The translations under genes were made by a program, and so were the position numbers. Shown here in pieces: positions 41,787-55,800 of a stretch of 64,000 nucleotides of DNA (positions are counted from its first letter, which is position 1; each line of letters opens with the position of its first letter). The stretch is from the human T2T-CHM13v2.0 reference genome, Homo sapiens. Below the pieces are notes generated by a model. The model searched no databases. It had not been told where the DNA came from and saw nothing but the letters and a program-made list of their open reading frames with translations. The stretch lies in assembly GCF_009914755.1 (NCBI RefSeq), contig NC_060938.1. The stretch is one strand, 5' to 3'.

Positions 41787-42146
41787 CTAAACACTCAATG
41801 CACATTTATGAGCAGTTCAGATTTTACTGAAGATTCGGTAGGGAAGATGGAGGAAGAGATTTAAATTGTATATTGCACCAAAACCTTTAAATGCTCCCAT
41901 TATTTGTCTTCTTTTCCAAATCACTATTAGGATTTTTCCTCTTATCGTCTTTTACCACATGCTACTCAATCTTGTCAATTCTTTTATTTTATCTTCCTAA
42001 TTTTCCCAGAATCTTCATATACCTCTCCCCTTTAAATTGCTGAAGGTTTCAGCTCTGCCTCAAGAACCACTCCTAAATTGTACCTCAAACTTCATCATAC
42101 CCACAACAATAAAAATCTTTTAATTTATATTATCCAACCTCCATAA

Positions 42147-42457
<311 letters not shown>

Positions 42458-43224
42458 AATAACCTTAGCTATTCCTAATCACTGTGCATGAACATGATGT
42501 GAACCAACATTATTCCCTATACATGCTATGCCTGTCTCCATGTTAACTTTGGCTGCCTTCACCTCAGTCGGTCTCTCCCCCTCACTTTTTAAATTCTAAA
42601 CCTCAAGTCTAACTTGACCAAAACTTAGAATAGACTTTGCTTCCAAAAATGTTTTTCAATAACAATCAGTAGAGCCCTATTTATTTAGCATTTCTTATGT
42701 ACTGAGCAGTACAGTGAATACTTTAGAAATAATCACATTTAAACCTCCAAACAGGTCTGTGAAATGAATACTATTTTTACATCTGTCAATTGGCTTTTTC
42801 CTTGTCTTGAATTAAGACTCATATTGGCACTCATATCTTCTGGTGGGAAAGAGAGAGTGTGCTCACTAAGCAGCCAGGAACATGTTGCTGAACAACAGAA
42901 GAGATGTAGGTAACAATTACTCAAGGCCGACCTTGATCTCATATCTAAATAGTTTAACGAGACAAAGAAAGTATCATTGCGCCATATTTAAATTTAATTC
43001 GCCGAGGTTTATGCAGTGCCTAGTAACTTCTGCAATGGTGTTACCTGCATAATTATTCCCGATCTTCATAGCAACTCGGTCTGAGAAACAAATATTGTTA
43101 TGATCCCATTTTTACAGACAAGGAAAGGAGATGTGGAGAAACTAACCAAAAAACCTGCTCCAAATGTCAGATGTAAGAGGGAAATCTTTATTATATTCCT
43201 CCATGCATACTTCACACACTTTGA

Positions 43225-43345
43225 AGTATGTGAATATATATTCTGACATATATATTGACATATATGTCATGTCATATGACATATATAGACATGCTGACAT
43301 ATATATTGACATATATGAAGCATGACAATATATATGCTGCATATG
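43225..43345. repeat. Degenerate TGACATATAT-based cryptic repeat
   Basis: Several 'tgacatatat' units and inverted 'atatatgtca' units. Confidence 0.75.
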
Positions 43346-44322
43346 CAAACAGTACCACATGTGTATACATGTGTAATTGTGTGTGTCCCAAAGAAATGAC
43401 GGCAACTGGCTTCTGAGGCTGATTTACTTGATACAGGCTGATTTACTGAGGCTGATTTACTTGATACAGAGACTAATAGTAGCATAACAGTTGCCCCTTC
43501 AAAAAGTAAAAAAATCTGGTACAGTGAATTGAGCCAGAAATTTATAATCACAAAATGAAAAATATACTTAACTTCATCATCAAAACTCATATTTTTAGAT
43601 ATAAGCTAGCATTAGTTATGATTGGATTTTGTGTTATTTCAAAAAGTACAATTTTATTTTGATTTGTATATGGGTGAGTATTGAGACTGTGAGTACCACA
43701 ATCTTTTCAGAGATAAGGAACTCTAACATTTTTAACAGAGACCTATTAATATTGACTACACCTCCAAGGTATATGGCAATGAGAAAAGAAAAATAGGGTG
43801 GTAGGTAGTTAGGGAAAAAATGTAAGTAAAGAACAATCAGAATGGTTTGGAAAATTTATGCCAAGATAACATAACATATATTATATAGTTAGACATGTAG
43901 ATATAGAACCAAGTAAATATGAACTACAAAGCACAGATCATATTTAAGATACAAAAGAACTTTTAATATGTGAGTGATGACAAGTATAACAATAGCTAAC
44001 TTTTTAAAAAAACATACAATATGCAAAGAACTATATATGCATCATCTCATTTAATCCTTACATTTCTCCGTAAGTTATTATTATTATCATCTGCGTTTTA
44101 GAGATGAGAAACTAAGACTTAGGGAGGTTATAAGAATAGCCCAAAGTCACCTAGCTTGTAAGTGGTGTGGGCAGGATTTCCAAAGTATGGCCACCAGTAA
44201 CAGCATTCTCTCAGACAGAAAGGAAAGTTGAGGGTGGAAGAAAGATTAAACATGAAGTTGCCAATTCGAATGATTTTACAAAGCAAATACATTAGTGTAA
44301 TTTCAAGCTAAAAAGCTTTAAA

Positions 44323-44629
44323 GGCCGGGCACAGTGGCTCATGCCTGTAATCTTACCACTTTCAGAGGCCGAGGCGGGGGATCACCCAAGGTCAGGTGTT
44401 CGAGACCAGCCTGACCAACATTGAGAAACCCCGTTGCTACTAAAAATACAAAATTAGCCAGGCGTGGTGGCACATGCCTGTAATCCCGCCTACTCAGGAG
44501 GCTGAGGCACGAGACTCTCTTGAATCTGGGAGGCGGAGGTTGTGGTGAGCTGAGATTACACCATTGCACCCCAGCCTGGGCAACAAGGGCAAAACTCTGT
44601 CTCGAAAAAAAAAAAAAAAAAAAAAAAAA
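44323..44629 (+). mobile_element. AluSp-like SINE
   Basis: Full dimer with a 25-nt A run; TSD AAAAAGCTTTAAA at 44310-44322 and 44625-44637. Confidence 0.95.
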
Positions 44630-45043
44630 GCTTTAAAAATAGAGTAACTTATGGCACCTCATACATTAAAAATTAAGACAGTTCTGTAGCAACAGAAGCA
44701 GCTTAGTAAAAAGAATAAAATTATTGACTCTGTGAAGCAGATAAAACATATAATTTAACAAATTTAACAAGTGGTTCTTATGGAGCAAATTATATGATGA
44801 GGATGGAAAGAGAAGGAGAGAGGAGGGGAGGTGCGGGCAGGGGAGAAAATGACTGAAAAATAGAAAAAGACGCTCATCTTAAGGATGGGGTATTGAATTG
44901 TCACGGTGAGCAATGAGAAAAAAAAACAGAGAAAGTTTAGATGTCATAAAAATCTTGAACATTTGGGACAGTATTTGAATTAATTTATTGAGGTAAGGTT
45001 TGGAATTTGCTACCCAATCTCTTCTTAGAAAGAAGAGAGGAAC

Positions 45044-45707
45044 TTTTTGATGGGGTTGTTTTTTTCTTGTGAATTTGTTTAAGTTCTTTGTAGATTCTGG
45101 ATATTAGTCCTTTGTCAGATGGGTAGATTGCAAAGATTTTCTCCCATTCTGTAGGTTGCCTGTTCACTCTGATGATAGTTTCTTTTGCTGTGCAGAGGCT
45201 CTTTATTATTAGTTTAATTAGATCCCATTTGTCTATTTTGGCTTTTGTTGCCATTGCTTTTGGTGTTTTAGTCATGAACTCTTTGCCCATTCCTATGTCC
45301 TGAGTGGTATTGCCTAGGTTTTCTTCTAGGGTTTTTATGGTGTTAGGTCTTACATTTAAGTCTTTAATCCATCTTGAGTTAATTTTTATATACGGTATAA
45401 GGAAGAGATCCAGTTTCAGCCTTCTATGTATAGCCAGCCAGTTTTCCCAGCACCATTTATTAAATAGGGAATCCTTTCCCCATTGCTTGTTTTTGCCAGG
45501 TTTGTCAAAGATTGGATGGTTCTAGTTGTGTGGTGTTATTTCTGAGGCCTCTGTTCTGTTCCATTGGTCTATATATCTGTTTTGGTACCAGTACCAGGCT
45601 GTTTTGGTTACCGTAGCCTTGTAGTATAGTTTGAGGTCAGGTAGTGTGATGCCTCCAGCTTTGTTCTTTTTGCTTAGATTGTCTTGGCTACGCAGGCTCT
45701 CTTTTTG
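45044..45707 (-). mobile_element. L1PA (PA5/6-like) inverted 5' segment (ORF2)
   Basis: Minus-strand ORF 44985-45290 reads [27 protein letters not shown]...[14 protein letters not shown], which is L1 ORF2. Confidence 0.97.
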
Positions 45708-46557
45708 TCAAAAAGTGGGCAAAAGACATGAACAGACACCTCTCAAAAGAAGACATTTATGCAGCCAACAGACATATGAAAAAATGCTCATCATCACTGG
45801 TCATCAGAGAAATGCAAATCAAAACCGCTATGAGATACCATCCCATGCCATTTAGAATGGCGATCATTACAAAGTCAGGAAACAACAGATGCTGGAGAGG
45901 ATGTGGAGAAATAGGAATGCTCTTACACTGTTGGTGGGAGTGTAAATTAGTTCAACCATTGTGGAAGACAGTGTGGTGATTCCTCAAGGATCTAGAACTA
46001 GAAATACCATTTGACCCAGGGATCCCATTACTGGGTATATACCCAAAGGATTATAAATCATGCTACTATAAAGACACATGCACACGTATGTTTATTGAGG
46101 CACTATTCACAATAGCAAAGACTTGGAACCAACCCAAATGTCCATCAATGATAGACTGGATTAAGAAAATGTGGCACATATACACCATGGAATACTATGC
46201 AGCCATAAAAAAGATGAGTTCATGTCCTTTGCAGGGACATAGATGAAGCTGAAAACCATCATTCTAAGCAAATTATCATTATCACAAGGACAGAAAACCG
46301 AACACCACATGTTCTCACTCATAGGTGGGAGCTGAACAACGAGAACACATGGACACAGGGCAGGGAACATCACACACTGGGGCCTGTCGGGGGTTTGGGG
46401 GCTGGGGGAGGGATAGCATTAGGAGAAATACCTAATGTAAATGACGAATTAATGGGTGCATCAAACCAACATGGCACATGTATACCTATGTAGCAAACCT
46501 GCACGTTGTGCACATGTACCCTAGAACTTAAAGTATAATTTTAAAAAAAAAGAAAAA
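45708..46557 (+). mobile_element. L1PA (PA5/6-like) sense 3' segment of the same insertion
   Basis: ORF 45728-45979 reads [14 protein letters not shown]...[26 protein letters not shown], the ORF2 C-terminus; 3'UTR and A tail follow. Confidence 0.97.
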
Positions 46558-49500
46558 TAGAAGTAATGACAGTCATAAAAAAAAGAAAGAACAGAAGAAC
46601 GTTAAGCAATTTGATCACTATCATTACAAGAGACTTACAGAGATGCTTCTATCACGTTCGCTGTTTCTCAGAGCCTCACCTAAAACTCTTGCTATGCACA
46701 TCACTGTATTTGATTCCAGAGTATTGAAGCCAAGAACTGTGCAATCATGAATAAATGGTAAACATGTTGTGGTGTGTTTGTTTTCCTTTACTCAGGGTTT
46801 TCTGTGTGGTGTACGTGGTAGGAGTTACATGATGCCTAGCCAATTGTATTCATTTCATCAGCTGATTACAGGCATCCGTCTCAGGAAAGCTTCCATCCCC
46901 TATAGGCTCAACTTTATTACCCAACTCTAAGGCTCAATGAAAAATTCATAAGGACCGTGACAGCACAGAGGTGTGAAATGCAAAATACCAGAGGTAAGAT
47001 AAAATGATTTTAATTCCTTGCTGAATCACAGTGTGTCTTATACAATACCGTGTGGCAAGATGCACACATGATCCAAAACACATCTTTACGGGCTGCGGCA
47101 CCTCATACTTTAGTTATCACCTCTACAGATATGCAGAGGATAATACCTCACCTAGGCAGAATGCTGCTGACAGGCAGAAGATAATCATGCCTCTGAATAG
47201 CTAGTGCACATTCATGCCCAAAGCTCATGCCTAAAACTTTCGTATTTTATTCTGTGAAAAGTTTATTGGACCCGTACTCAGAACTTTTTTGCTGTTATTT
47301 TACATAGAATTCTACAAAATTTGGTATAGCATAAGATTAATTTAAATCAAAATCACAGGTTTTTCCATATGTTAGCTCCCACATATTAATTGGCAAGACA
47401 TTTAATATTTCCAAGTGTCCATTTTATGAACTGTAAAATGGGTATAAAATAGGTTTATTTTCATAGGGTAGGTATGAGGATGTAATCAGCACATCTATGT
47501 AAAGTATAAACATAAAACAAGTACCCTAGAGTTTAAATATGGATATTTTTGATAGAAACTGATATCACATTGCAAGCCAACCACCTTATCTGAGACTCAA
47601 CCAGAGAAACAGCAATCTTTTTCAATGCCAAAGAAAAACTGGCTGTGCTGGAATTATTCAGAGATTGTACATTGATCTCCACAGTGGAAACTTTCTAGGG
47701 AATTTTCAAGGGTAAGTCCAATTTATGAGATTGTCTTTTATTACTAGCATTAATATCTCCCAAAGAATTTTAAATGTATAACAATATGAACCTAGTCAGC
47801 ACAGATATGAACAGCCCTTCTTAATCTTATTGTACTGCCTTATAGCGGAGTTCAAAAATCAGTGTTCTCAAAGATGAATTGAGTCATCAAGAAAGTTTAA
47901 GTATACATTCCCTAATGCTCAGACAAAGTAAACAGGAATGTTTAGAAAGAATCTCATCCAAAAAACTAAAAATTTTAAACAGTATTTGTAAAGGAAACTT
48001 ACAGGTATAAACACTCAGCCAGTAAAACAAAACAAAAACTCAGTCATCCATAACAGAGCTAATTATAATGTCACTGGGTCCATATAGGACCACTCCCTAC
48101 CCAGTCACACATAAAGATGGCTGAATACCCTCTCTTCAGTACCTGGAATCAAGACTACCAAGGTCAGTTTTTTAGGGAGAGGGAGCTACCTAAATGTCTA
48201 GACCATTATTTACTCTACAAACTTGTTTTATATCTTCTTATTAATTTGTAAGAGCTCTTAAATATTAAGGATATTAGCCTTTGCTTACAAATTGTAAATA
48301 CATTTCCAGAGTTTACCCTTTATTTTACACTTGATTTTAACCATACAGAGGTCTTCAATTTTAGTATAATCAAATGTAACAAACTTTTATTTCATGACCC
48401 CTGGGTTGCCATCACATGAAGAAAACCTGTTTCCAGCCCAAGATCATTAAAATATCTGCCTATACTTTCTTCTATCCCCTCTGTGGCTTTATTCTCACAT
48501 TTAAGTCATTATTCCAATTGTCATATATATTTGTACATTATGCAAGGTAAATACATTTCCAATAAAACATTTTAATGTAATTCTTATATTTTTAATCCAC
48601 GTAGATAAAAGCATGGATTTTCATACTATACCTGGGTAAAACAAATATTAATAATATGCTTTCATGTTATTATAAATTATCAGTTGTTTATATCTGCTAA
48701 GACAAGTAACCAGTTTGGTATTATGATGAGAAGGAAAAGCAAACTAATACTTACAGAATGCCTACAATGTGCCAAGCACTGTTCTGAGTACATTGTACAT
48801 GTCATTTTACTTAATCTTCAGGAAGCCAACATTCAGTGAGGATAATAACTTACCCCCAAAGTCACATAGCTGATAAAGTAGAACAATGATTCAAAACGAG
48901 TTTGTTCTGACTTCAAAACTCATGTTCTTTCTGCACAGAGATACAGAAGCCTTGCCACATGTCTAAGGGAAACGTGATTATATTTAGTGGTTAATGTTAT
49001 TTTTTCCAAATGCTAAGTAGCCCATTTAATGCCTTGGATAACAGTTGTAATTATCATCATCATGTTGTATCTAAGTATAGACATTCAGGGAAGATGGTAA
49101 TATGAATGGCCTTCAACTCCTGGGCAAGGTGAGGGCTAGAAAATGTATTATCCTATTTTTTTCTAATTTGGTTTCCTGAATTTCTAAACCAGAATTTAAT
49201 AAAGAGGTGATCATGAACATCCACAATAGTTCTAGGCAGTTGGAGAATTTTTAAGTTCTAGTTATAGCTCCCAGTTTACATATACTCAACAGAATAATTA
49301 GGACCAAGGCACAAAATGCTTTGTAAAATAAAATAATCAAAGGATAAAGCCAATTCTGTTGCTTTCAAATATAGTCCAACAGAAATATTTATGTTACTGT
49401 TACATGCACTATTTCCTACTATTGCCATATCAGTACAAAAACCTTATAACACTTTATTGCATAAAAAACTTGACCACACACATTGTCCCAGTGATTTCCA

Positions 49501-51908
49501 CAATCATCACATAAGAAGAAAGCACAGCAAGCATTATTTCCCCTGTTTTTACAGGAGTGACAGAAATTACACTCCTTACTTAGATCCCAAACCAGAGAAA
49601 TGAATGAGTGAATGAGCAGAGACAACTCAGTTTCATGCACTCCTAATTCCGTTTTTTTCGCCATGCAGCACTCCTTAAAAAAAAAAAAGAAAAAAGAAAA
49701 GAAAAAGAGAAGACAAAAAAAAATCTAAGTTTAATTTTAAAATCCAGTGAAAGTCTAATAAAATTAGGTTTTAAAATGATTCAGTTCATTAACATTTGAT
49801 CATAGACCTAGCCTATTATAAAAAGAAATATTATAATCTCTGATCCTAGAGCTATTTGACAAAGATCTGTCTCTGGGGCCTGAAAAAAGAATAGATAGAT
49901 CAGAAAGTCTTCTGGATTCCATTCTAAGCCCAAAATTAAAATTCCTAAAAGACTTATGACTACTTTTCTTATCTTCTTGGAAACTGTGTAATTCCACAAA
50001 CATTGAGTATGCCTACCAGGTGTAGGGCATTCTGAGGGGGTACTAAGAAAATATAGTGGTTAAGTGGGATGCTTAAAAAAAACCAATATTCACTATCGAT
50101 GTCTCCGAGAGTGTGGGACTAAGGGAATTTGGGAGGAACATACTTATTTCCAAATTTTTATGTAATTAACATGTACTCATTTTGGAATAAGAAATAAATA
50201 AAGCACAATTTATGAAAAAAAGGCTATAGTATAATGTTTTATTTTCTTTAGAATAGGCCTCCCATGTTAAACACTATGCTGCCATGTTGAAAGAGAGGGG
50301 GAGCTCATATTGATTAGTTATCATGTGCTGGGCATTTTGTAGATGTTTTAAAACATAACCTTATTTACTTCTCAGCATAATTTTGGGAAGAAAATATTAT
50401 TATGCTCATTTTACAGATCGAGAAACAAACTCTTATTGAAGTTGTATGATTTGCCTTTGGTCATGCAGCAAAGTTTCAGACCCCACATACAGTATTCTTT
50501 TCACATTACTATAATAATTTCCTTTTCAATCCTGCAGACAATATACTTTCTCCTTGCTGAGAATACCAGTCTGATTTATCACTAAAATAGATAATCATGT
50601 GAAGTCCCTAACAGCTCCACATTTACTTTTATTTGTGGTTCTCTAATATAGCAAATGTCAATTCCTATTGTATTATCTCTAGTCCCAGTAAGCTATTGCA
50701 CTAACTTCATTATATTCAATCAATTGGTTTGTTGACCAAGTTTTTAAATTTTTTCCATTGGATGAAACGGGAAAAAAATTCTCAACCACTTGTTTTAAAC
50801 TAATGTAGTTCAAATAATTGCCCTGTATTCCATAATTTGTATTGACTACACACCTAACACAACACAGAAATTGTAGTTTTTATAGCCCAGGTTAAAAGAA
50901 GACCACGGAAAAAATGGAAACGAATCAGGCTGAACCTAGAGAGTTGCACTCAATGGAAGAAAAATTGTAGAATTACAAATTAGCAAGAGGAAAGGGGTTT
51001 TTGTAAGTCAGGATTTAGTCAGGAAAAGTTCTTGATGAAGAATATTGAACTTCCAAGATGCTGAAGAGTCCCATATCTGCAAAAAAAAATCTTCTATTTA
51101 CAGAAAATATAGGTCAAGTGATTAGATATTTATTAGAAATAAAAATGACTTTTATCCATCAGGAAAATGGTTTTGCTTAGAAAGGTTTAGTGATTAGAAT
51201 TAGGAACAAGAGACAGTTCTGGGATGCCAAAGAGATTGTTTCTTCATGTTGGTACTAGTTACATGGTACGTTGAGTTTGTGTATTTTCTAATATTTCTAA
51301 GAAATGTTTTCTAAATTTCTAAACATTTCTAAGAAATGACTTATAACAGTGAAGACTAAAAACATCCTGAATGGTTTTTAAATGGAGGGTATTTGCATAT
51401 TTGCTGCACAGATTTTTAAAAAAAACGAGACATAATAAGAGTGTAGGTATAATGGATATATACTGTTTTGCAGAAGGAAAGCTCTTTAAATCATTTTGCA
51501 AAGAAGAAAAGAAGAGAAATTTCTCTTAGTCCTAGTATTCCATAAGGATTTGACCTGGGATAAGGAGTGATGTAAAGTTCTCATACACAACAGCCCCCTA
51601 GTTAACTCTCCTTTCTCCTACACATGCACATCCAGACACTCGCATTTCAAGCCATATCAACCATTCCCGAACACAATTCTTTGCCCCATAAAGAATCACT
51701 TTTGAACAAGACTCATGCACTGACATTTCTAAAGGTTAACTATAAGATCATTTTCATTAGCATCATAGCCAACAAGCCAAAAATGGTTTGTAAGGTTATT
51801 GCTGACCCATGAAATTATTATTTTTAAAGTTGACTATTTTAACCCCAATTCTATTTAATGCCTATCAGAAAATAATGAAAAATGGTACATTTCACTTTAA
51901 CAGAAGCT

Positions 51909-52099
51909 AGTAGTTCTCAAACTGTAGAATTCATAAAGATCATCTTGAACGTTTGTTGAAAACATAGACTTTTGAACTTTACATTGGAGAATCTGATCCA
52001 ACAGACGTAGAAGGATGGCCCCAGGAATCTATGCTTTTTACAAACATGCCAGGTAATTCTGAAACAGATGATCAGCAGATCACATCTTGAGAAACACTG
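51909..52099. mobile_element. MER5-type hAT/Charlie MITE
   Basis: Termini 'agtagttctcaaact' and 'tcttgagaaacactg'; internal 'caggaatctatgctttttacaaac'. Confidence 0.75.
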
Positions 52100-53424
52100 C
52101 CACTATTAGAACCTCAAACAAAACAAACTCCAGACAAACCTTGCATGGATTCAAAAAGATCACAATCCACACACTGTGCTGGGACCTGAATAACCACATG
52201 GTTTTCATCCTGGAACTCTAACAATCAATGATTTAACTCCAGGCTAGAGTAAAGCAAGGGAAAAAGGCATAACAGGGACAGGTGATTTCACCATGTTCTT
52301 TAGTGAGTTTTTACATGACATAGCCTGGCTGAGGTTGTAAACATTTGTAAAATTTATTGCAGGGCTTTCACAAAGCTTGGTTTGTGAGATACAATGGCTT
52401 CTATGAAGAGAGAAGGTACAATTCAGCAAACTTGTATAAGACCCTGACCCATCGTTGGCTGAGAACCAACAAAGATTGGCTAACTAGCAGGCAAATCCTC
52501 AATTCTTAGAAAAGCCTCATCCATGGAAGCTGTGATTCAACCTGTCACAACAAGTGCGCACAAATTACATCTGGACCATCACAGGCTGTCGGTCACGAGG
52601 TGGCTTACTAATTTTTCTGAAACCCAAACATCATGCCAGAAGATGTAGCTACATTGTTTACACTCTTTCTTAGGCAATATTTCTCTCCATTATCATTTTG
52701 ATCATTGATGTGCTTAGGCTGACAGGAGCCAAAGAAAATTCAAATGTAACACAGAAACAACAGAAATGTGTCATCCTGGAATAGACATGTTGTCTGTCCA
52801 GCCTAGGCACCTGCTTCTCATAATGACTAATGCCAGATGTTTTAAGGAAAGATACAAGCTTCTATTACACATCCGCTTTATGCAATTATGCAATGATATA
52901 TCACAAGGGAGTTTTCTTTCTCTGACCCTGGGTTAGCCATCAGTTGCAGCCTAGTATTTCAAGATACCAGCCCTTGAATTCATTACCCCAGCATCCTTTA
53001 CTAAACTATTTCATAACACACACACACACGCACACACATATACACACACAGTATTTGTCCAAAATGCTCCCTTATCAAGAACTCTGTACCAAAGCAATTA
53101 TACTTGTTAACAACCTTTTCTGGTTTCCATTAAGGAGATGGCTGGACATTTGCTATATGGGCAATGTTTGTTGGTGGCAGTAGGAAAATGAGAACTAGCT
53201 CATATTTGCTAATACTTGGAAATAAAACTTACTATACCGGTGATTATGAAAGTAGGTATTAGAAAGCCCCCTGAATTCTGGATAGTTAACTGAAAATATT
53301 CCAGGTAAAACTACAAAGAACTGGTAACAATTGCAAGATTTACAAACACTAACAAGTTATCTTGAATTATATACTCCTGAAAAAATTCAATAAGCAAGAA
53401 GCATATCTATGGTATGTTTGCTCT

Positions 53425-54290
53425 TTTGTTCAACAGATATTTATCAAATTCCTTTTCTGTGCCATTCCTTGTGTTAAGTGCTGGGGAAAGAGTCATGAGT
53501 CTTCCTCTTATATAGCCTTGGCCAATTGGTAGGGAAATAAATAGATAATATAATGGCAAATTGAGATAAATGATATGAAGGAAACCAACATGGTTGTGTT
53601 AGAGAAAAACTGCATGTACCTACTGTAGAGTGGTCAGGTGAATTTTCTCCAAGAAGTGACTCTTAAACTGAGACTAAAGGATAAGAAAACTAAAATCGTG
53701 CCAAGAACTGATGACTGTTCTGGGTAGAGAAAATAATGAGAGTAAGTTTTATGGGTAGAACCAAGTTTGGCACATTTAAGAACTGAAAGGAAGTCAGTAG
53801 GCCTGGAAGTAGGCAAGAATCAGATCTTAGAGGACTTTGTAGGTTATCATAAAAATTTGGGTCTTTATATAAGTGAGAAGGGAAGCCCTTAAAGGGCTTA
53901 AAGTATAGAAATGATACAATTGTTTATACATTTTTAAAATAACACACTGGATGCAAAGAGGGGGAATGTGATGGAGGAGGCAAAGAGAGTGTGGGAGATC
54001 TGTTAGAAGAGCAATTCTCTAACTTTAAAGTGCACATGAACATCTGGGGGAATCTTATTAAAATGTATATGATTCTCTAGGTCCAAGGTGGAGCACAAGA
54101 TTCCACATTTGTAACAAGCTCTCAGGTGATGCAGATGCTTCTGGTCCATGGACCACACTGAATAGCAAAGCATGGAGATCCATCTAAAGGAGTCCAGACT
54201 CTTCTCCTTCAAGGTGGTGGCTTGGGCTAGCATGGTAGGAAAGCAATTTGACATATATATTTGAAATATATTTCAGACTAGAAGTGGCAG
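53425..54290 (-). mobile_element. L2 LINE 3' portion, interrupted by MER5A1
   Basis: 'ttcaacagatatttatcaaatt...gtgttaagtgctgggg...gtggtcaggtgaattttctccaagaagtgac'. Confidence 0.7.
54009..54170. mobile_element. MER5A1-like MITE
   Basis: 'catttgtaacaagctctcaggtgatgcagatgcttctggtccatggaccacactgaatagca'. Confidence 0.8.
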
Positions 54291-54348
54291 ATTCAATCTA
54301 GTTCGCCTCTTAACATTATAACAGTATATTAAGAAAACCTCTAAAACC

Positions 54349-54627
54349 GGCCAGGTACAGTGGTTCACACCTATAATCTCAGCACTTTGGGAGGTTGAAG
54401 TGGTTGGATCACAAGGTCAGGAGTTCAAGACCAGCCTGACCAACATGGTGAAACCCTGTCTCTACTAAAAATACAAAAATTAGCCGGGCGTGGTGGCGCA
54501 CGCCTATAATCCCAGCTACTCAGGAGGCTGAGGCAGGAGAATCACTTGAACCTGGGGGGCAGAGGTGGCCGTGAGCCAAAATTGCGCCACTGCACTCCAG
54601 CCTGGGCAACACAGTGAGACTCCAAAA
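54349..54627 (+). mobile_element. AluS (Sg-like) SINE with almost no tail
   Basis: Dimer ends GAGACTCC-AAAA; TSD AA(A/G)ACCTCTAAAACC on both sides. Confidence 0.95.
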
Positions 54628-55800
54628 GACCTCTAAAACCAAAATTTCTGAAAATGAAAGGGAATCCTGGAAGTTCTTGTCTCAACATTGGAGACAAGAT
54701 GGAGATAACAGTGAAAGAATTAAAGACAGAGGTCTTTAATTCCATGAGTAGGCCAGAACCCACATGGTCTCTAGATGGTGAGAGGATCAAGGTGCTGGTG
54801 AGGGAAGTACAGATGGTGCCCAGGACTCTGCCTGTTTTCTGACAGCCGGGGAGTTAGCAGCAGATGCCAGTGAGAGCAGAAGTCCACAGATGGCACAGGA
54901 AAGAACCTTCAGCCTCAATGTCCAAAGCTTTAAGCCTTTAAGCCAAGTTCTGTCACATTTCAGCTGTGTGTCTCTGGGGGAAAAAAAATCACTAATCTCT
55001 TATGTTTGTTTCCTCATTTAAATAAAATATGATGTAATGAGATCATGCATATGAACACATTTAGCATGGGGCCTATTATAAGAAGGTATTGATAAATAGC
55101 AATCTAATCAAACTTACATGTCAATGGGGGATCATTTTCTGCTTCTTCTTAAGTTGTATAAGAATATTGTCTGTTAGATATAGAAGGGAATGATTTTACA
55201 TCCTGAATTGCCAGGCATAATAATTTCCTTTCAGTTCGCATCCTGAACTGTGTCCCCATGTAGCTTCAGATTATTTTTGCTTCTGTTAGAGATATTTCCT
55301 GACATGGAAGTTGAAAAGCCTGGAAGCAATCCATAAATATCACCTTTACATTCTACAATGGTCCATACTTTTTCCAATTCTACAAAGGTAATTCCCAATT
55401 AAATATAACATGGATAAAATGTATTAATATAGGACTTAAATGACTTATTCAGTCATTCTGCCACACCTGAAAGGATCCCTAAAAGGTATCAGACTTTCTT
55501 AGGAAAAGAAAAGTCTGGTATTACCAAAGTAGACTTTTTCAGGTTCTCACTACAGAGACAATCAAGATTTTTTTCTTGATGGTTTGGTATTAGTCTTCTG
55601 CTATTTATTTGTTTGTTATGTCACTTGTACTAAGAAAGAGGCTTACTGGCTTTATGTTTCCTAGTTCAATTTAAAGTCATTCGTCTTTGCCATACTCACA
55701 GAGAGCATAAAAAAGTAGCTAGTCCTCAGACTCTGTAACTCAGGTCTGGCATGAAGTTAGGCCACCTCAATTAAGCCTCTTTTGTAATTACCAGCAAATA

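Noticed and set aside
52200-52620. Possible CR1-like RT remnant and CTCF-like word TCACGAGGTGGC (~52593)
   Set aside because: The similarity is too weak to call by eye, and the motif has mismatches at informative positions.
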